Source of the DNA: Thainema sp.
GTDB taxonomy: Bacteria > Cyanobacteriota > Cyanobacteriia > Phormidesmidales > Phormidesmidaceae
DNA: 16,987 nucleotides
Direction of reading: 5' to 3'
Assembly (NCBI GenBank): GCA_052168235.1
Contig: JBQLZK010000102.1
Coordinates: forward strand, 1-16,987
The position numbers were made by a program, and so were the translations under genes. Below the pieces are notes generated by a model, which made no database searches, was not told the DNA's origin, and saw nothing but the letters and a program-made list of their open reading frames with translations. How positions within the stretch are numbered: position 1 is the stretch's first letter; every line of letters begins with the position of its first letter. Of this stretch, positions 16,304-16,987 are shown piece by piece.

Positions 16304-16931
16304 CTAAGGCGGCAAAGTTAGCTGGAGGAAGGTTGCTTCGAGCTGAGCCAGGTAGACGTCTGGGTCACGACGAAAGCGCCGCTGCTGAAGCCGTTTCTGC
16401 CGAGGTGGTTCTAGTTGAGAGCGCATGAGCCGCCACTGCTGGTGCGAAACCTGAGCTAAATCGTGAGCCGTCACCGCATGCAGGTGAGTTGCGGTTGAAA
16501 CCACTAACTGGACAGCACCCCGTAACACGGATGAGGCGGGAGCCGTTTTCCGCCCCGTTGAGCGACGCTGATGGTAGCGCCAGGAGCCAAAGCACTGCTC
16601 CAAGTCGTTGTTGGTACGAGGCAAATCTGCCCTCTCATAACAGTGAAAGAGTCCCGGCCAGTGGCTACGAGTGACGTTGAGGAAATGAGCCACCCCGGCC
16701 GCCAAGTCTCCCGCCCGAGTTTGCCATCGAGTGATGGCTCCTAATAAACCTCGATAGGAACGCTGAACCGCATGAGCTGATTGCTGAGCCTCATTGTTGA
16801 GGATCTCAGCGGCTCGATGCACCCAATCATAGACCGTGGCAATGGCAGGCCACAGAGGAGCCGTGTGCTCCAACGCAGTGGAGAGAATGCCTTTGAGTTT
16901 GTTCAACGATGGGGGCAAGGGCTGCTTTGCT
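16304..16931 (-). mobile_element. C-terminal part of an ISNCY-type (unclassified) cyanobacterial transposase
   Basis: HFLNVTRSHWPGLFHCY...LPRTNNDLEQCFGSWRYHQRRSTGRK...RFRRDP...LPP*. Confidence 0.8.
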
Positions 16932-16987
16932 CTAACCTGAATAATTCACGAAAGGTAAAAGAGGGATAGAAAAAAGAGCCTGAAACG

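Overview
Cyanobacterial accessory region: at least 14 HIP1 GCGATCGC sites and cyanobacterial-type IS elements. It starts with a small ribbon-helix-helix gene divergent from a methionine aminopeptidase (map). A co-oriented + strand run follows: BpoA2-like non-heme haloperoxidase/perhydrolase, SDR, SnoaL-like lipoprotein, AraC-1, lipoprotein, TetR, AraC-2, two CPBP (CAAX/Abi) membrane proteases, a secreted CocE/NonD (S15) hydrolase, three small hypotheticals and an NmrA-like oxidoreductase. It ends in a mosaic of IS630, ISKra4, IS110, DUF4058, IS5(ISL2) and ISNCY-type remnants. The main unexplained structure is a non-coding module in four copies: two TAAGAATYT-like half-sites exactly 21 bp apart plus a TACACT/CATACT box 34-35 nt after the second. 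In three copies it begins at the 6th nt after an araC stop codon, one of these being an 18-nt araC tail left by a deletion. The two intact AraC paralogs have identical DNA-binding domains but diverged Cys-containing sensor domains. This suggests a duplicated 'araC + own operator/promoter' expression cassette with swappable downstream cargo. All assignments are by eye from motifs; no searches were run.
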